Counted from the stretch's first letter, positions 55,931 to 64,000 are shown. The stretch is DNA of 64,000 bases from an uncultured archaeon (GCA_964400475.1 CAYNTH010000002.1:991-64990), one strand, 5' to 3'. Program-made: numbers and translations. Notes: generated by a model from the sequence alone, not told the origin.

Positions 55931-56808
55931 TTTCTGTGGTTACACATCCATTTGAATGTGAAATCACCCAATGCTTGTATCATTAATTGGTATGGTATCG
56001 TGGGTATCCTGTCGTCGTGTTTGGACGCTCTACCACGGAGATTCATCTCTACCTGCATCCCTATTCGTTTATCATCTTTTCCTGCTTTTTTGTTGTGATT
56101 TATGACATGCGTTGTCAGAACATGATTTTGCGAACCAGTGAATCTCCATGTAGAAACTCCTATTTTCAAATCAGCCTTGACACCGAAGTCACTGAATACA
56201 CTGTCCAAGTAATCTATGAATCTGTTCTTGAATTGGAACGCCCTTTTCTTCGAGCCTATTCCACCGTAATCTTCTCCGAATCCGAACAACATGTCGAATT
56301 TCCTTTTGCGGTTTATGCCGTGTACAGATATCACTCCCTTCGGTTCGATTTCACTTATCACTTCGTGATACCTCTTTAATTTATCGAGAAAAGATTTGTC
56401 CTTATGTATTGGTACATAAGCCGATTTGCTATCCGAATTTTTTGGTTTAACAAATAATCTCAACCCATTCCCCAGTTCCTCTGGAGGTCTCGACGCATCG
56501 GCTTTGGTTCTTACGAATTTAGGTATTAAATAAGCGGAATCGAGATAATAAGATCCCATCTTTGTCAGCACATCGGTATTCCAGTCACCCACACCGGCAT
56601 ATGCATCTTCACCATGATCCTTCAACGGTATTCTGGTTGTTTGGGCATGTTCGGCTGTGAATAATATCCTCCTTCCAGGATATTTGCGCATTATGCAGTA
56701 TTCCACAGCACCCTCGATTTCCGGTGTCATCTTCCTACTAAGGAATCTCTGAAAGGCGTCATAAGAAGCGAACAGTAGATAATTTTTTCTATCTTTCAAT
56801 TTAACCAC
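55927..56808 (-). CDS. N-formylglutamate amidohydrolase (FGase)-fold hydrolase-like protein, paralogue B
   Basis: 293 aa. ILFTAEHAQTTRIP (EHA..IP), GDWNTDVLTK, VRTKADASRP, VISVHGI, GMQVEMN follow the FGase motif order. Its stop overlaps the convergent paralogue A stop by 4 nt. Confidence 0.55.
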   Translation of the reverse strand: MVKLKDRKNYLLFASYDAFQRFLSRKMTPEIEGAVEYCIMRKYPGRRILFTAEHAQTTRIPLKDHGEDAYAGVGDWNTDVLTKMGSYYLDSAYLIPKFVRTKADASRPPEELGNGLRLFVKPKNSDSKSAYVPIHKDKSFLDKLKRYHEVISEIEPKGVISVHGINRKRKFDMLFGFGEDYGGIGSKKRAFQFKNRFIDYLDSVFSDFGVKADLKIGVSTWRFTGSQNHVLTTHVINHNKKAGKDDKRIGMQVEMNLRGRASKHDDRIPTIPYQLMIQALGDFTFKWMCNHRN

Positions 56809-56859
56809 TATTTCTGTCTGTTTATAGTAATTGGTGATGGATGTATTTGAAAATTATCA

Positions 56860-57780
56860 TCAAAATCTTATCTTGGGTTTCTTGAACCAATCTGCCACGA
56901 TTTTCTCTATTCTCGGGAAGTGTTGCATCTCGACCTCTGATTTGACGTATTCCACTATCTTCCTCGCAACATTTATTCCCAGTACCTTGGTCAATCCCTC
57001 GAAGTGTACATTTACATTCGCCTCTATCATTATGGGACCCTTCGGCCCTCTTATAACATCTACTCCGGTTATATCCATTCCCAGAGCATGAGATGCCTTT
57101 ATAGATATATCCTTTATTTTGGTGCTAATTTTCACAGGTTCTCCTGAACCACCTATACCTATATTTGTCCTGTGTTCATCGGTTTTTGCAATTCGTTTCT
57201 CCGCACCCAATACCTCTCCACCAAGTACGAATATCCTTATGTCCTCCCCGGGGTTGGGTATGAATTCCTCGAGGAAAAGAGGTTCCTTGAATCTTTCCAA
57301 AGCATCCATGAAACTCATCGCCGATTGTTTGGAGTCAGCGAACATGACTCCTTTCCCCAGACTACCGTAAAGCAGTTTCATAACAACTGGGTATTTCATC
57401 TCATCCAATAGGGTCTCTACTGTCCCTCTGGACATGGTCATTGATGTTGTTGGTACAGGTATTCCCGCCTTTTTTAGCGCCAATAAAGTGAAAAATTTGT
57501 TGTGCGATACTATCACGGAAAGTGGATCTATGGGCATATATACATCGTCTTCTAATATCCTCAATACTTTATATCCATATTCCGCATACGTTCTGGGTAT
57601 TCTCGGTATGACGAAATCTAGTTCGCTCAAGTCCGTGCCCTTGAAAAATACTTTGTCATCGTTTATGACTACCGACGGCATAGGCACATAGAAAAATTTA
57701 TCGAATATCTTTTTACCTTCTTCCAGTATCCATAATTCACAATCGCTTCTCTTCCTTGGACCAATTAAACATCCTTCCAT
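56860..57780 (-). CDS. RimK-type ATP-grasp ligase (alpha-L-glutamate ligase family)
   Basis: 306 aa. YPVVMKLLYGSLGKGV (Lys plus Gly-rich loop). EEFIPNPGEDIRIFVLGGEVLGAEKRIAKTDEHRTNIGIGG and GMDITGVDVIRGPKGPIMIEANVNV align closely with E. coli RimK blocks as I recall them. Confidence 0.85.
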   Translation of the reverse strand: MEGCLIGPRKRSDCELWILEEGKKIFDKFFYVPMPSVVINDDKVFFKGTDLSELDFVIPRIPRTYAEYGYKVLRILEDDVYMPIDPLSVIVSHNKFFTLLALKKAGIPVPTTSMTMSRGTVETLLDEMKYPVVMKLLYGSLGKGVMFADSKQSAMSFMDALERFKEPLFLEEFIPNPGEDIRIFVLGGEVLGAEKRIAKTDEHRTNIGIGGSGEPVKISTKIKDISIKASHALGMDITGVDVIRGPKGPIMIEANVNVHFEGLTKVLGINVARKIVEYVKSEVEMQHFPRIEKIVADWFKKPKIRF

Positions 57781-57783
57781 ATA

Positions 57784-58677
57784 TTACAGCCCCGGTAATT
57801 TGAATTTGAATATCTTTTTAACATGTTTGCCCCACATTTTCTCCCTTCTCTTCGATTCATCCGACATCCTGCTCATTATGTGTCTGGCTATATTCGAGCC
57901 AGTTATCTCTTGGAACCTGTTGAAGTTTGGGGTCATTACTATCCTGTCCACTATCCAGTCATCCTTTGTCTTCAACATCCTTATGGTGGCATAGTCCCAT
58001 CCCAGTTCTTTCCTGATTTTGACAGCCATTTTCTCTACATCACTTCCACCGCTCGTCGGGATATTCTTGCCATTCTTCTTCCTCTGATATCCTACATACG
58101 ATGCTATCATCTCGTCCCCGACAACGAAACACCATGTGTCTCTTTCAGCCCTTATCGGGGTCTCGATTCTTATAGGCGTTCCATACTTGTATAATGATAA
58201 AACGTCTTTCAATGTGCTCTTGCTCGTTACTTTGACTCTTTTCTTAGGCGGTCTGACTATCAACGGCAGGTCAACACTGTCGAGTATTTTGTCAACTGAA
58301 ATATCGGATGCAACCGTTATGGAATCCCTTATTGGTATACCCTTAGATCTTAAGTGATTTCTCAACAGTTCTTTGTTCATATACATCATATACTGTTTTG
58401 AATCGAATGGCATGAACGTGTCATCGAGCATCCATATAGCTGTGTAGAATATTTCAGAATGAGTTATTGTCGGTACTGGCAGCACGCAATCGAATTTTGA
58501 CAGATTTTGGTCTTCAAATTTGACCCTTATCCCATCGTTTTTCGAATCCCTTAGTATATCGAACCTGATCTGGGTTATCGGTGCGTACAGAACCTCGTCG
58601 AATTTAGATTCAGCCTCGTCTATCAGGGGTTGATCTTTTTTCTTCCTTCTCGGATCCGCGACTATCGCTATTTTCAT
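57784..58677 (-). CDS. Divergent RimK-like ATP-grasp paralogue (possibly catalytically degenerate)
   Basis: Same length and block order as the neighbour (..LPLIVRPPKKRVKV.., ..WCFVVGDEMIASYVG..TSGGS.., ..IRMLKTKDDWIVDRIVMTPNF). By eye the Gly-rich loop and the E-x-N metal motif are not conserved. ATG at 58677 (track: TTG 58707). Confidence 0.6.
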   Translation of the reverse strand: MKIAIVADPRRKKKDQPLIDEAESKFDEVLYAPITQIRFDILRDSKNDGIRVKFEDQNLSKFDCVLPVPTITHSEIFYTAIWMLDDTFMPFDSKQYMMYMNKELLRNHLRSKGIPIRDSITVASDISVDKILDSVDLPLIVRPPKKRVKVTSKSTLKDVLSLYKYGTPIRIETPIRAERDTWCFVVGDEMIASYVGYQRKKNGKNIPTSGGSDVEKMAVKIRKELGWDYATIRMLKTKDDWIVDRIVMTPNFNRFQEITGSNIARHIMSRMSDESKRREKMWGKHVKKIFKFKLPGL

Positions 58678-58733
58678 ATTATCGTTCACAATTAAACTTT
58701 TACACAACCTTTAAAATCTTTATCACAGCCGTA

Positions 58734-58746
58734 TTTCCGACGGAAA
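58734..58746. promoter_or_regulatory. Palindrome TTTCCG-A-CGGAAA with an extra TTTCCGA half-site at 58764-58770
   Basis: Perfect 6+1+6 inverted repeat in the 110-nt spacer between the cysS stop and the ATP-grasp genes. Flanked on the - strand by TTTTTAAG and GATTTTAAAGG TATA-like elements. Confidence 0.3.
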
Positions 58747-58787
58747 GACTTAAAAATAGAAAGTTTCCGATATCACTTATTAAACTG

Positions 58788-60200
58788 CTATTTTCTCTTC
58801 CATTTAGTGCCGTTTTCTGTGTCTTCTATTATCACGCCGAATTTTCTGTCGAGCATCTTCCTTATCTCGTCCGCTTCATAGTATTTACCCCTTTCCCTGA
58901 ATTCATCTCTTTTTTCTATTAGTTCCTTTACTTCATCGCTTAGCTTCTTCATTTCACCCGGTTCGAATTCTTTCAATCCCAATCCAAGAACTTGGTCGAA
59001 TTTAAGTATAAGTTCCAATTTGTCCTTTTCAGATACATCCTCATCCCTGGTCAATTTCCACACAGTACTGAGTGCTATCGTTGTATTCAAGTCATCGTTA
59101 ATTGCATCTATGAACTCTTGTTCATATCTCTCCAACAATTCGTCATCGCTCTCACTGTCTACCTCATTTTTCCATTCCAAAACGTGGTCCCTGAGTTTGT
59201 TCAGCGTTTTTTCAGCAGTTTCCAGGCTGTCCCATGAGAAATTCACCCTTGACCTGTAATGTGCTGTCAGAAATAGATATCTTATGGCCATTGGATCGAA
59301 TCCCTTTGCCTCTATATCTTCCATGTTGTAGAAATTTTTCTTACTCTTGCTCATTTTCTTGCCATCGATAAGAAGATGTTCGTTATGCAACCAATAATTT
59401 ACAAACTTCTCACCGGTTGCTCCTTCGGCCTGTGCTATTTCGTTGGTGTGATGTATGGGTATATGTTCAACCCCACCCGTGTGTATATCGAACGTATTTC
59501 CAAGATAGTGCATGCTCATGGCAGAACATTCTATGTGCCATCCTGGGAATCCCTTCCCCCAAGGCGAATCCCACTCCATCTGTCTTTCCTTATCATCGGG
59601 TGAGAATTTCCATAGAGCGAAATCCGATGGATTCCTCTTTTCGGGATTTGCGTCTATTCTCACTCCCTCTTTCAATTCATCCAAGTTTAGATTCGCGAAA
59701 TCTGCGTACTTCTCGAATTTGGATGTGTCGTAATATATTCCGTCGGATGTTCGATAGGTGTATCCGTTCTCTTCCAGCTTCTTTATAAGTTCTATCATCT
59801 GTTCTATATGTTCGGTAGCTTTGCAGATTATATCTGCCTTCTCTACGTTCAATTTGCCCATCGATTCGAAGAAATCCTTTGTATAATATTCGGATATCTC
59901 CCATGCATCCTTCTCCTCCTCCCGCGCCGCCTTCTCTATCTTGTCTTCACCTGTGTCAGCATCTGATGTTAGATGCCCGACATCGGTTATATTCATAACA
60001 GTCTTCAAATCGAATCCATTGAATTTCAACACCCTTTTTAAGACGTCCACGAACACGTAGGCCCGGAAGTGTCCAAGATGAGCGTAATCGTACACAGTGG
60101 GTCCGCAGCTGTACATTTTCACTTTACCTTCTTCGATAGGTACGAATTCCACCTTCTTTCTATCGGGTGTGTTGTATAATCTAATATTTCCCTTTTCCAT
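58788..60200 (-). CDS. cysS: Cysteinyl-tRNA synthetase
   Basis: HIGH block CGPTVYDYAHLGHFRAY, KMSKSKKN. The ATG at 60200 (MEKGNIRLYNT) is preceded by GGTGGA. The track start is GTG 60209. Confidence 0.93.
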   Translation of the reverse strand: MEKGNIRLYNTPDRKKVEFVPIEEGKVKMYSCGPTVYDYAHLGHFRAYVFVDVLKRVLKFNGFDLKTVMNITDVGHLTSDADTGEDKIEKAAREEEKDAWEISEYYTKDFFESMGKLNVEKADIICKATEHIEQMIELIKKLEENGYTYRTSDGIYYDTSKFEKYADFANLNLDELKEGVRIDANPEKRNPSDFALWKFSPDDKERQMEWDSPWGKGFPGWHIECSAMSMHYLGNTFDIHTGGVEHIPIHHTNEIAQAEGATGEKFVNYWLHNEHLLIDGKKMSKSKKNFYNMEDIEAKGFDPMAIRYLFLTAHYRSRVNFSWDSLETAEKTLNKLRDHVLEWKNEVDSESDDELLERYEQEFIDAINDDLNTTIALSTVWKLTRDEDVSEKDKLELILKFDQVLGLGLKEFEPGEMKKLSDEVKELIEKRDEFRERGKYYEADEIRKMLDRKFGVIIEDTENGTKWKRK

Positions 60201-60216
60201 ATCCACCACAAAATAA

Positions 60217-60291
60217 AGCTGAGGGAGGGATTTGAACCCTCACTCTTTCGCTCTGCAGGCGAACGCATTGACCAGATTCTGCCACCTCAGC
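60217..60291 (-). tRNA. tRNA-Cys (anticodon GCA)
   Basis: Reverse complement: acceptor GCUGAGG/CCUCAGC, anticodon stem UUCGC/GCGAA with loop CUGCAGA, T-arm GAGGG-UUCAAAU-CCCUC, discriminator U. Its 3' end lies 7-16 nt from the cysS start. Confidence 0.9.
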
Positions 60292-60432
60292 ATTGATATA
60301 AATAACGTTGTCATTCGTTTTAAAGATTTTTAGAAATGGGATTAGATGATAATGTTTATCTAGAGCATGAACAGCAAAAACGTTCACCCATTCATTTCAC
60401 CTATCGATAATTAGTATAGTTTGATATTTAAA

Positions 60433-60813
60433 TCATTCTTCGCCGTACAATTCCAGGGCAGTGCTGGCAAGCTCGCTTATCTCCATGTATCTTTCTATTA
60501 TGGACCTGTATTCATCTGTGAGCATATTCACATCAGGCACCGGCCCACCCTTCCTGTTCATCATATAACTATCGAATATTTCCGATCCATTAATGTCTCC
60601 CTTTCTGGGATACCTCTTAGTTATGGCACCCATTTTTACAAGACTTTTTATTACTCTGTAAACAGTTGATTCCGGCATCTCCAGCTCTTCTTCTATTTCC
60701 CTAGAAAACATCGGTCTGTTATATTCGTATAGAAGTTCCAATATTTTCAATTCGGAATGGTTCCAAGTGGGATACTCTATTGATGTTTTAGTCTCTTCTG
60801 GGTCTGTCATCAT
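60433..60813 (-). CDS. Winged-helix transcriptional regulator (MarR/ArsR-like)
   Basis: 126 aa. ELKILELLYEYNRPMFSREIEEELEMPESTVYRVIKSLVKMGAI is a typical wHTH. Confidence 0.6.
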   Translation of the reverse strand: MMTDPEETKTSIEYPTWNHSELKILELLYEYNRPMFSREIEEELEMPESTVYRVIKSLVKMGAITKRYPRKGDINGSEIFDSYMMNRKGGPVPDVNMLTDEYRSIIERYMEISELASTALELYGEE

Positions 60814-60862
60814 TTCTTAGAATTATCACTAAGGTATTTAAATTATTGGCATAATATCGATG

Positions 60863-61174
60863 TCATTTGGCCTTTTTCTTCTTGGATTTCCGTTTAGCGG
60901 CCTTCTTCTCCTTTTTTATCTGTTTCTTCAGCTTGAGAACGGTCATCTCATGTCCGCATTCTGGACAGATTATGTTGAACTTCTTCTTAACTCCCTTGCC
61001 TGTCACGAACGGTTCTTCCCATTTCTTTTCATCCTTGAAAGAATTATCGCATTCAGGACAGGTATAATCCACCATGGCTTTCAATTCGTCCTTCTTTTTG
61101 AGAATTCTAATCCGACCCTTGTATTCGCCATTATTGTTCTTCAGTTCTCTTGTTGTAATGAATTCGATTGCCAT
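60863..61174 (-). CDS. Zinc-ribbon protein with polybasic C-terminal tail
   Basis: 103 aa. Two CPEC motifs (CPECDN.. and CPECGH..). Tail KKQIKKEKKAAKRKSKKKKAK. No family recognised. Confidence 0.5.
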   Translation of the reverse strand: MAIEFITTRELKNNNGEYKGRIRILKKKDELKAMVDYTCPECDNSFKDEKKWEEPFVTGKGVKKKFNIICPECGHEMTVLKLKKQIKKEKKAAKRKSKKKKAK

Positions 61175-61214
61175 TTAGACACCTAATAGAATTTCTCATA
61201 CTCGGTTATTAATT

Positions 61215-61400
61215 TTACTCAGTGCCTGGTTTTTGGAGTGTTTTCTTCTTAGGTCTCAATTCCCTGCTACCACATTTCCTGCACTTTACTTTTCCTAGCT
61301 GTACGTCTCTGGGGTCAGCGCGTATCTTCCTCTTGCATACCTTGCAAACGTATATGTTATGGAATAATCTCCGTTGCGCCTCCTTGAATTGTTTTGCCAT
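61215..61400 (-). CDS. rpl40e: 50S ribosomal protein L40e (eL40)
   Basis: 61 aa. ..VCKVCKRKI..(14)..CRKCGSRELRPKKK matches the archaeal L40e zinc-ribbon pattern. Confidence 0.8.
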   Translation of the reverse strand: MAKQFKEAQRRLFHNIYVCKVCKRKIRADPRDVQLGKVKCRKCGSRELRPKKKTLQKPGTE

Positions 61401-61519
61401 AAATCACACCGTATAACATGTGTTAGTTTTAGTATCTTATAAGAATAACTTAAGCAAATTTAAATATTATTGGATACTGATTTAGTGTTGTGTGGATTAG
61501 AATTATTTAAATCCTCATA

Positions 61520-62089
61520 TTGCATAATAAAAGGTTAGTTGATATGGCGAAAAAGGGGGAAAAATTCAGAGAGAACATCTTGTCCTCGTTGTTGTATGTA
61601 TTTATTGGTTTTGGACTTGCATTGTTGGTCAAACAGACACTCGCGTTCGGTCTTTCTAGTGATATGCCGGTTGTCGCAGTGTTGAGTACATCCATGCAGC
61701 ACGAAAACCCAGAGCATACTCATTACGGATGGTTGGGTAGTGAACTAGGTTACGATAAGGATACGATAGAGTCTTGGCCGGTTCCTACTGGGTTCGCTGT
61801 TGGGGATATGCCCATAATAACTGGTGACAGCGAGTACAATGTGGGCGATGTAATAGTATATACGATCCCATGCAATCGATATCCCAGCAATTGCGATGTA
61901 CCCATAATACACAGGATAATAAAGGTAAACGAGGACGGCACTTATCAGACAAAGGGTGACAACAACATAAATCAGTTGCCGTATGAATTCAATGTTTCCG
62001 AGCAACAGATACATGGTAAAGTGCTTTTGGTGATACCCAAGATGGGGTATTTCAAGGTCTTTATGGCGAAATCGTTAGGCATGGTCTAA
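61520..62089 (+). CDS. Signal peptidase I (archaeal/ER Sec11 type, S26B)
   Basis: 189 aa. N-terminal TM, Ser box VLSTSMQH, GDVIVY, His box PIIHRII, KGDNN box. Confidence 0.85.
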   Translation: MHNKRLVDMAKKGEKFRENILSSLLYVFIGFGLALLVKQTLAFGLSSDMPVVAVLSTSMQHENPEHTHYGWLGSELGYDKDTIESWPVPTGFAVGDMPIITGDSEYNVGDVIVYTIPCNRYPSNCDVPIIHRIIKVNEDGTYQTKGDNNINQLPYEFNVSEQQIHGKVLLVIPKMGYFKVFMAKSLGMV

Positions 62090-62174
62090 TCGATAAATTT
62101 ATAAATTAAAACTACGCTATGTTTGGCAATATAACGCCTTAAAAATCGCGTTAGAATATGATGGTGGGTGTAAA

Positions 62175-62504
62175 ATGAAATTTTGTCCGAAGTGCGGTAC
62201 ATTGATGAAAGTCGAGAAGAAGACCAAGTTGACTTATTTCGTATGTCCTTCCTGCGGGAAGAGGAAGGTATTGAAGAAGGGCAAGGTCACCATTTCCGGG
62301 TCGTTACCCGAGAAGAAAAAGGATATAGTTGTTTTGAAGAAGGGGGACGAGGCAATAGATCTGCCTAAGACTAAGGCAATGTGCCCCGAATGCGATCACA
62401 GGGAGGCTTATTGGTGGATGCAGCAGACCAGGTCTGCGGACGAGCCGCCAACGATATTTTATAAATGTACTAAGTGCGGCCATAGTTGGAGGAGCTACGG
62501 TTAG
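62175..62504 (+). CDS. tfs: Transcription elongation/cleavage factor TFS (RpoM-like)
   Basis: 109 aa. N-terminal Zn-ribbon CPKCG..CPSCG and C-terminal CPECDH..WWMQQTRSADEPPTIFYKCTKCGHSW. Confidence 0.9.
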   Translation: MKFCPKCGTLMKVEKKTKLTYFVCPSCGKRKVLKKGKVTISGSLPEKKKDIVVLKKGDEAIDLPKTKAMCPECDHREAYWWMQQTRSADEPPTIFYKCTKCGHSWRSYG

Positions 62505-62728
62505 AGTTTTATACTGATCTTATCAGACTACAATGAGTGTCAACTTCCACAAAATGATTTGCTTCACCCGATATATACTTGCAGTATTGGTTCTCCTGAT
62601 CATTGTCGATTTCTTGTTTCGATGAATTCGCTACATCGCAAATCAGTCATCTGTTATTTCGTTGGAAGTATACCCCACCATGATTCTTTGGATAATACTT
62701 AAATTTTTGAATATAGGTAGTTTCTAGT

Positions 62729-63439
62729 ATGTCCAGTATATTTTCATTCAATATCATTTCGTCAAAGAGAATTGATGCACCGTTCGATGTTGATTATGTT
62801 GTATGTGATTATAGTGGTATGCTTGTGGATGATAGAAAGCCCGTACATGAGGCCCACAATCTTGTGATGGATATGTACGGATTGCCTAAGGTTGCGTTCG
62901 ATGACTGGATATCGATTGCCCCCAGATGTGTTGGCGCGAAAGATGTTTATGCCAATATGGATATAGATGAAGATTTGGACGAGATGGTCAGCAATTATTC
63001 CAGGTTCTATGAGCAGACGCGCAAGAGATTCCCGCCTGTGCCTAATGATGGTGTGTTGGAGACCTTGTCGTATTTGAAGAGCAGTGGGAAAAAATTGGCT
63101 GTAATAAGTGCTCATCCCCATGATGCACTCGTCTCCGAATTGAAACAATTCGGTTATTACGATTATTTCTCATTTGTTCTGGGTGGTGTGGAAGACAAAC
63201 GGAGGCACATAGTCGAGTTATCAGAAAAAGAACGTGTATCATTGGACAGGATATGTTACATAGGTGATACCAACAAGGATATTCACAGTGCAATGGATGC
63301 AGGTGTGATAGCTATAGGAAAGGTCGGCGGATATGTGAACGAAGAAGTCTTGGACAACACGCTGTCAAAATTGGATAGATGCGGTCATCCTAATTATAAG
63401 ATATTCAAGTTGACAGATCTGATGGATTGTATTATTTAA
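62729..63439 (+). CDS. HAD-superfamily hydrolase (phosphatase-like)
   Basis: 236 aa. Motif I-like VVCDYSGMLVDD, motif II VISAHP, motif III/IV ..YIGDTNKDIHSAMDAG... Confidence 0.75.
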   Translation: MSSIFSFNIISSKRIDAPFDVDYVVCDYSGMLVDDRKPVHEAHNLVMDMYGLPKVAFDDWISIAPRCVGAKDVYANMDIDEDLDEMVSNYSRFYEQTRKRFPPVPNDGVLETLSYLKSSGKKLAVISAHPHDALVSELKQFGYYDYFSFVLGGVEDKRRHIVELSEKERVSLDRICYIGDTNKDIHSAMDAGVIAIGKVGGYVNEEVLDNTLSKLDRCGHPNYKIFKLTDLMDCII

Positions 63440-63471
63440 ATTATGAAGGACATGAGTTAATTAGTGTTCAT

Positions 63472-63792
63472 ATGAGAGCTGAGAGATACGTACCGAAGAG
63501 GATTTCTGAGGTAGATAATAACAGCAACAAAGTGTCGATAGTCGGTAATGTTGTTGATGTAAAAGAGAATTCAGTGATATTGGAAGATGATACGGGCAAG
63601 ATAGAGATATTCTTGAAGGAGAGCAGCTACGATTTGATAAGGGAACTGCCCGGATACGATGGTAAGACAGTGCGGGCGTATTGTGTATTGGATGGTGATA
63701 GGCTCATGTTGGATGTATTGCAACTCATGGACGGAATAGACTTAAATTTATTAAAGACTGTTGATGAATTATATTCTAAGGCTGGTGTTTGA
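63472..63792 (+). CDS. OB-fold protein adjacent to PCNA
   Basis: VSIVGNVVDVKENSVILEDDTGKIEIFL pattern of an OB barrel. ATG at 63472 chosen because the track start (TTG 63427) overlaps the HAD gene. Confidence 0.5.
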   Translation: MRAERYVPKRISEVDNNSNKVSIVGNVVDVKENSVILEDDTGKIEIFLKESSYDLIRELPGYDGKTVRAYCVLDGDRLMLDVLQLMDGIDLNLLKTVDELYSKAGV

Positions 63793-64000
63793 ATGTTCAA
63801 AGCGATTATCTCAGATATAAAATTATTGCAGGAGCCTATGTCATCTATAGGGGAATTGATAGATGAAGGAATTTTTAATATCACTAAGGAAGGTATAAGT
63901 TTCTTGGCAGCTGACAGGGCCATGGTGTCAGTCGTGGATTTCAATTTATCATCTTCCGCGTTTGACGAGTACGAGATAGACGCTGATCAGAAGTTGGGAC
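63793..64000 (+). CDS. pcn: DNA polymerase sliding clamp PCNA (5' part; runs off the window)
   Basis: MFKAIISDIKLLQEPMSSIGELIDEGIFNITKEGISFLAADRAMVSVVDFNLSSSAFDEYE matches the archaeal PCNA N-terminus. Open to the window end. Confidence 0.88.
   Translation, partial: MFKAIISDIKLLQEPMSSIGELIDEGIFNITKEGISFLAADRAMVSVVDFNLSSSAFDEYEIDADQKLG

Noticed and set aside
60181-60387. 68-aa - strand ORF
   Set aside because: It overlaps the entire tRNA-Cys gene and the cysS start, so it is an artefact of ORF calling.
62505-62728. 30-aa hydrophobic micro-ORF (MSVNFHKMICFTRYILAVLVLLIIVDFLFR) in the tfs-HAD spacer
   Set aside because: No RBS and no conservation evidence. Too short to support from a single sequence.
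1-64000. Search for CRISPR arrays, IS elements or transposases, integrases, prophage blocks and rRNA genes
   Set aside because: Reading both strands, I saw no regularly spaced direct repeats of 25-40 nt, no transposase or integrase-like ORFs and no rRNA-like conserved stretches. The window appears to be core chromosome.

Overview
AT-rich, very gene-dense archaeal chromosomal window. No rRNA, CRISPR array or transposase was seen. Archaea-specific markers include e-type ribosomal proteins, RpoK/RpoN, TFB, TFS, Cbf5, aSUI1, RNase P Rpp29, GINS, PCNA, a DUF106 YidC-like insertase and a single-chain PriS+PriL-CTD primase. Together with tight packing and GGTGA-type Shine-Dalgarno motifs, these suggest a small-genome DPANN-like archaeon; that placement is inference, with no phylogeny run. 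Main content: (1) a glmS-glmM-glmU UDP-GlcNAc operon; (2) an L18e-L13-S9-RpoN-RpoK cluster; (3) the large ribosomal-protein superoperon, split in two. L3 to S14 lies on the + strand at 29809-38344, while S8 to L15-SecY-DUF106-L34e-L14e is inverted on the - strand at 27488-20652. (4) Four aminoacyl-tRNA synthetases (argS, serS, tyrS, cysS); (5) apgM-eno; (6) replication genes (GINS, primase, OB-fold protein, PCNA); (7) four tRNAs: Gly-CCC, Ser-UGA, Gly-UCC and Cys-GCA. The strongest second-look candidates are listed here. First, a cluster of two RimK-type ATP-grasp ligases plus two FGase-fold amidohydrolases (54947-58677) that fits no characterised pathway I can name. Second, a ~190-nt nested-helix non-coding region (44515-44703). 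Third, an HhH domain fused to phosphoglycerate mutase. Fourth, Lys/Glu-rich extensions on several ribosomal proteins. Fifth, an orphan ORF wedged between L5 and S14. Sixth, a polybasic HNH-like mini-protein with an acidic neighbour. Seventh, tRNA-Cys abutting cysS. All calls rest on reading the translated ORFs and the sequence by eye; no HMM, BLAST or folding software was run.
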